Shown here: in pieces, positions 9,377 to 11,714 of the stretch
How the letters are laid out: each line of letters begins with the position of its first letter
Numbering within the stretch: position 1 is the first letter of the stretch
Assembly: GCA_029879245.1 (NCBI GenBank)
Contig: JAOUQQ010000081.1
Span: forward strand, 1 to 11,714
DNA from: Chromatiales bacterium
GTDB lineage: Bacteria; Pseudomonadota; Gammaproteobacteria; Thiohalomonadales; Thiohalomonadaceae
DNA: 11,714 nt
Direction of reading: 5' to 3'
Translations under genes and position numbers: made by a program
The notes under the pieces: model-generated
The model's database searches: none
Told to the model about the DNA's origin: nothing
The model's input: only the letters and a program-made list of their open reading frames with translations

Positions 9377-9616
9377 TCAGCCCTTTGGCGGCAAATCCCC
9401 CAGGCGCTCAAGAGCCGTAAACCGGTTATCCCCATCGAACTTCAGTACAAACTCGCCCCGCACCCCGTCATGGGAGACAAAGCGGCGCAGGTGCTCGGCA
9501 GGAAACTCCACTCTGCGCCCATCGACACTCACCACCGAGATACTCCGCGCCACCCCCTGATAGTAGCTGAGGTAACGCTCGGCAGAGAGATTGAGATAGA
9601 AGCGAATCTGATTCAA
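9377..9616 (-). CDS. Small DUF2835-like protein
   Basis: 79 aa. Pattern YYQGVARSISVVSVDGRRVEFPAEHLRRFVSHDGVRGEFVLKFD...RFTALERL matches, as recalled, the gammaproteobacterial DUF2835 family. TTG start with a TAAGGT Shine-Dalgarno sequence. No in-frame ATG is available. Confidence 0.55.
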   Translation of the reverse strand: MNQIRFYLNLSAERYLSYYQGVARSISVVSVDGRRVEFPAEHLRRFVSHDGVRGEFVLKFDGDNRFTALERLGDLPPKG

Positions 9617-9686
9617 GATACCTTACCGTGGTTCCGGCACTCAGTGCATCATAGCCCGTGGAGCCGTAAAACATAAGGAATGGGGT

Positions 9687-10175
9687 GTGCGTCGAATCAA
9701 CCGTCTGCTGTTGTTACTACTGCTGTTTGGAGCAATCTTCCCCTTCACCTTTCCGTGGAAGGAGGGTAGGCCGATGCTCGACTGGCGTGAGCTCTCCCTC
9801 CCCGAGGTGGCACCGATAGAGCTACCCGAGTTCAATCTACCCCCGGGTGAATCAGCGGAGCGTCAGCCGCACCAGCCGATCACCCTCTATCGCTGGCTCG
9901 ATAACAGCGGCGGCGTACAATTTGGCACTACCCCGCCCACCGATGGCATCCCATATGAGACGCTGGAGGTTCACCCCGACGCCAACCTGATACAGCCACC
10001 CGTAGCCACATCACTGCCACAACAGTCGCAGAGAAGAGAGAGCTCTCCCTCCCCATCACTCACCTCGCCCCTGAGCACCTCGCCACAGGAGGCGATGCAG
10101 ATCATGCAAGATGCCCGTGAGATCCGCGAAATGTCACAGGAGCGGTTACGCCAGCACGAGGCGCTGACGCAGTAA
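9687..10175 (+). CDS. Secreted DUF4124-like protein with Ser/Pro-rich and charged C-terminal tail
   Basis: 162 aa. Signal-peptide-like N-terminus (RLLLLLLLFGAIFPF). DUF4124-like motif ITLYRWLDNSGGVQFGTTPP. Low-complexity SPSPSLTSPLSTSP then a helical charged tail. GTG start with AAGGA Shine-Dalgarno at -7. Confidence 0.6.
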   Translation: MRRINRLLLLLLLFGAIFPFTFPWKEGRPMLDWRELSLPEVAPIELPEFNLPPGESAERQPHQPITLYRWLDNSGGVQFGTTPPTDGIPYETLEVHPDANLIQPPVATSLPQQSQRRESSPSPSLTSPLSTSPQEAMQIMQDAREIREMSQERLRQHEALTQ

Positions 10176-10180
10176 ATTGA

Positions 10181-10474
10181 TCACTCTTTATCGCGTGCCT
10201 TACCGATGGTGTGTAACGGCACCACCACATCGCCCTGAGGCCTGGGCTCATCCTTGAAGCGCGGACGGTTGTCCATACTACGCCCCGCCTCTTCGGCCAA
10301 CTCCTGCTCACGCTGGGTGATCAGGATAAGACAGTCACGCAGGCCGTTAATGGTGTTGTCTGAGAGCGGGTGCTTCACCCCCGGCTGGGTAGCGGTATCC
10401 TTGATCACCTCGGTCAATACGCGCTTTACCGCGCTCAAAATGCGCTCTTCTTTCGATAAATTCTGCTCACTCAT
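10181..10474 (-). CDS. Conserved hypothetical protein (97 aa from ATG; family not recognised)
   Basis: High-GC3 codon usage, GGAGAG-N7-ATG ribosome-binding site at 10474. The ORF track extends to a GTG at 10543 with no Shine-Dalgarno sequence. Sequence MSEQNLSKEERILSAVKRVLTEVIKD...; I do not recognise a motif. Confidence 0.5.
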   Translation of the reverse strand: MSEQNLSKEERILSAVKRVLTEVIKDTATQPGVKHPLSDNTINGLRDCLILITQREQELAEEAGRSMDNRPRFKDEPRPQGDVVVPLHTIGKARDKE

Positions 10475-10611
10475 ATAGATTCTCTCCGGGGAAAATAGCG
10501 GCTGGGTCGTGTCGAACCAGTCTACAACACTCTCTAAGGCCACCCAAACGGTGCAAAGCGGCTATACTGGTGCCTCCATCGCAACAATGCAACGAGAAGA
10601 GCACCCGATTC

Positions 10612-11253
10612 ATGACCGCCCCCCACGCCCTGCTCTATACCGCCCCCGGCTGCCCCCACTGCCCCGGCATCAAGGCCGCACTGCACAAGTTACAGCAGGA
10701 GGGGGTAATTGGAACGCTGGAGAGCCACGACATCACCCAGCAGCCGCAACAGGCCGCGACACTGGGTATACGCAGTGTGCCGTGGCTGAGGCTGGGGGAG
10801 TTCATCCTCACCGGTGCCCAGACCCCGCAGCAGCTACGCCACTGGGCCGAACTGGCCAGCCATCCCGAAGGTATGAGTGGCTATCTGGCGCATCTACTCA
10901 GGGAGGGTGACCTGGCCGAGGTAGAGAGGATGCTCATCACCCAGCCGCACCACCTCGGTGCCCTGTTACCACTACTTGAAGAGCCCTCAAGCCCGATCCA
11001 GGTTCGCCTTGGGGTCAGCGCCATTCTGGAGCAGTTCGAGGCCCAACCGCCGCTGCAGCAACTGGTGCCGCAACTGATCACCCTTAGCGAATCGACTGAT
11101 CACCGCCTGCGTAGCGACGCCTGCCATCTCCTTGGCCTCACCCACGCCCCAGCCGCACTGGACGCCCTGCAGCGCTGTAGCCAGGATGAGCACGCCGAGG
11201 TGAGGGAAATTGCCACCGAGGCATTGGAATTACTCCAATCTAACCCTAAATAG
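10612..11253 (+). CDS. Glutaredoxin/thioredoxin-like CxxC domain fused to HEAT/PBS-lyase-like repeat domain
   Basis: N-terminal LLYTAPGCPHCPGIKAAL with the downstream cis-Pro motif RSVPWL, typical of a Grx-like fold. The C-terminal half has repeated helical hairpins (HRLRSDACHLLGLTHAPAALDALQRCSQDEHAEVREIATEALELL) resembling HEAT repeats. I prefer the ATG at 10612 over the track GTG at 10570, which lacks a Shine-Dalgarno sequence. Confidence 0.68.
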   Translation: MTAPHALLYTAPGCPHCPGIKAALHKLQQEGVIGTLESHDITQQPQQAATLGIRSVPWLRLGEFILTGAQTPQQLRHWAELASHPEGMSGYLAHLLREGDLAEVERMLITQPHHLGALLPLLEEPSSPIQVRLGVSAILEQFEAQPPLQQLVPQLITLSESTDHRLRSDACHLLGLTHAPAALDALQRCSQDEHAEVREIATEALELLQSNPK

Positions 11254-11341
11254 CCTCTTATCCGGGATATGCAGTGAAGGCATCCCCTGTCGAAACCAGC
11301 CACGGCCTCATTTGTACGCAAGTAGATGCACTGATTGATTT

Positions 11342-11714
11342 ATGGATAACGCCATTTCAGCTGAGTTACAGCAACGCCTGGCCGAGCTTCAGGCGATCTT
11401 CCACGCCCAGTTACCGGGAAAACTTGACGACATTCAGCACAGTTGGCACTCCCTGAAGGAGAAGTGGCAGGCTGATGAGCTGACCCTGTTGCACCGCTTG
11501 TGTCACAGCCTGGCTGGAAGTGCGGGCACCTTCGGTGCCCACGAGGTTGGCCAGCATGCCCGTATCATTGAGCACTCTCTCAAGGAGTTAAACGGCGCAG
11601 AGGAGGCACCCAGCTCAAGCGTGCTGGAACAGATCAATTCCATGATCGACACGCTGACCGATTATGCGGAGAAATGGGACCCCAAACAGCTCCCTGCGAT
11701 CACACCCGAGGATC
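11342..11714 (+). CDS. HPt (histidine phosphotransfer) domain protein, 5' partial (continues beyond window)
   Basis: Open frame from ATG 11342 to the window end, 124 codons with no stop. Contains the HPt signature LHRLCHSLAGSAGTFGAHEV (H..KG....G-type motif) within a four-helix-bundle-like sequence. Missed by the ORF track because it has no stop in the window. Confidence 0.6.
   Translation, partial: MDNAISAELQQRLAELQAIFHAQLPGKLDDIQHSWHSLKEKWQADELTLLHRLCHSLAGSAGTFGAHEVGQHARIIEHSLKELNGAEEAPSSSVLEQINSMIDTLTDYAEKWDPKQLPAITPED

Noticed and set aside
11266-11290. Imperfect stem-loop GGATatGC-agtgaag-GCATCC after the Grx-HEAT gene
   Set aside because: 6-bp bulged stem without a following T-tract. 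Insufficient for a rho-independent terminator call.
11274-11456. 60-aa ORF from the track overlapping the HPt start
   Set aside because: It lies in a different frame from the continuous 124-codon HPt reading frame that carries a recognisable HPt motif. It probably reflects a spurious upstream ATG.

Overview
High-GC window that looks gammaproteobacterial, densely coding, with no rRNA, tRNA, CRISPR or IS/transposase signatures seen. From left to right there are seven parts. (1) Bases 68-3098, minus strand: a housekeeping recombination operon yebC(pmpR)-ruvC-ruvA-ruvB, with ruvC and ruvA overlapping by 4 nt. (2) Bases 3173-7113, minus strand: a tightly packed four-gene eukaryotic-like Ser/Thr signalling cassette. 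It encodes a CHASE2-like transmembrane sensor fused to a C-terminal Hanks kinase, a PP2C phosphatase, a two-domain FHA protein and a small single-FHA paralogue. Its stop lies only 74 nt upstream of yebC. A near-perfect LexA-type palindrome (TACTAT-N8-ACAGTA) sits about 110 nt upstream of the kinase start. (3) Bases 7238-9616, minus strand: an operon DUF2835-like small protein, then a 554-aa SPFH/flotillin-like membrane protein, then a HIT-like protein. The last two are translationally abutted (TAG then GTG). (4) Bases 9687-10175, plus strand: a divergent secreted DUF4124-like protein. (5) Bases 10181-10474, minus strand: a convergent 97-aa unknown protein. (6) Bases 10612-11253, plus strand: a glutaredoxin-like CxxC domain fused to HEAT repeats. 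(7) Bases 11342 to the window end, plus strand: the 5' part of an HPt phosphotransfer-domain protein. The most interesting element is the orphan STPK/PP2C/2xFHA module, which is not linked to a type VI secretion system and lies directly upstream of the Holliday-junction resolvasome genes behind an SOS-box-like site. All family assignments are from motif recognition by eye. No database search was run.
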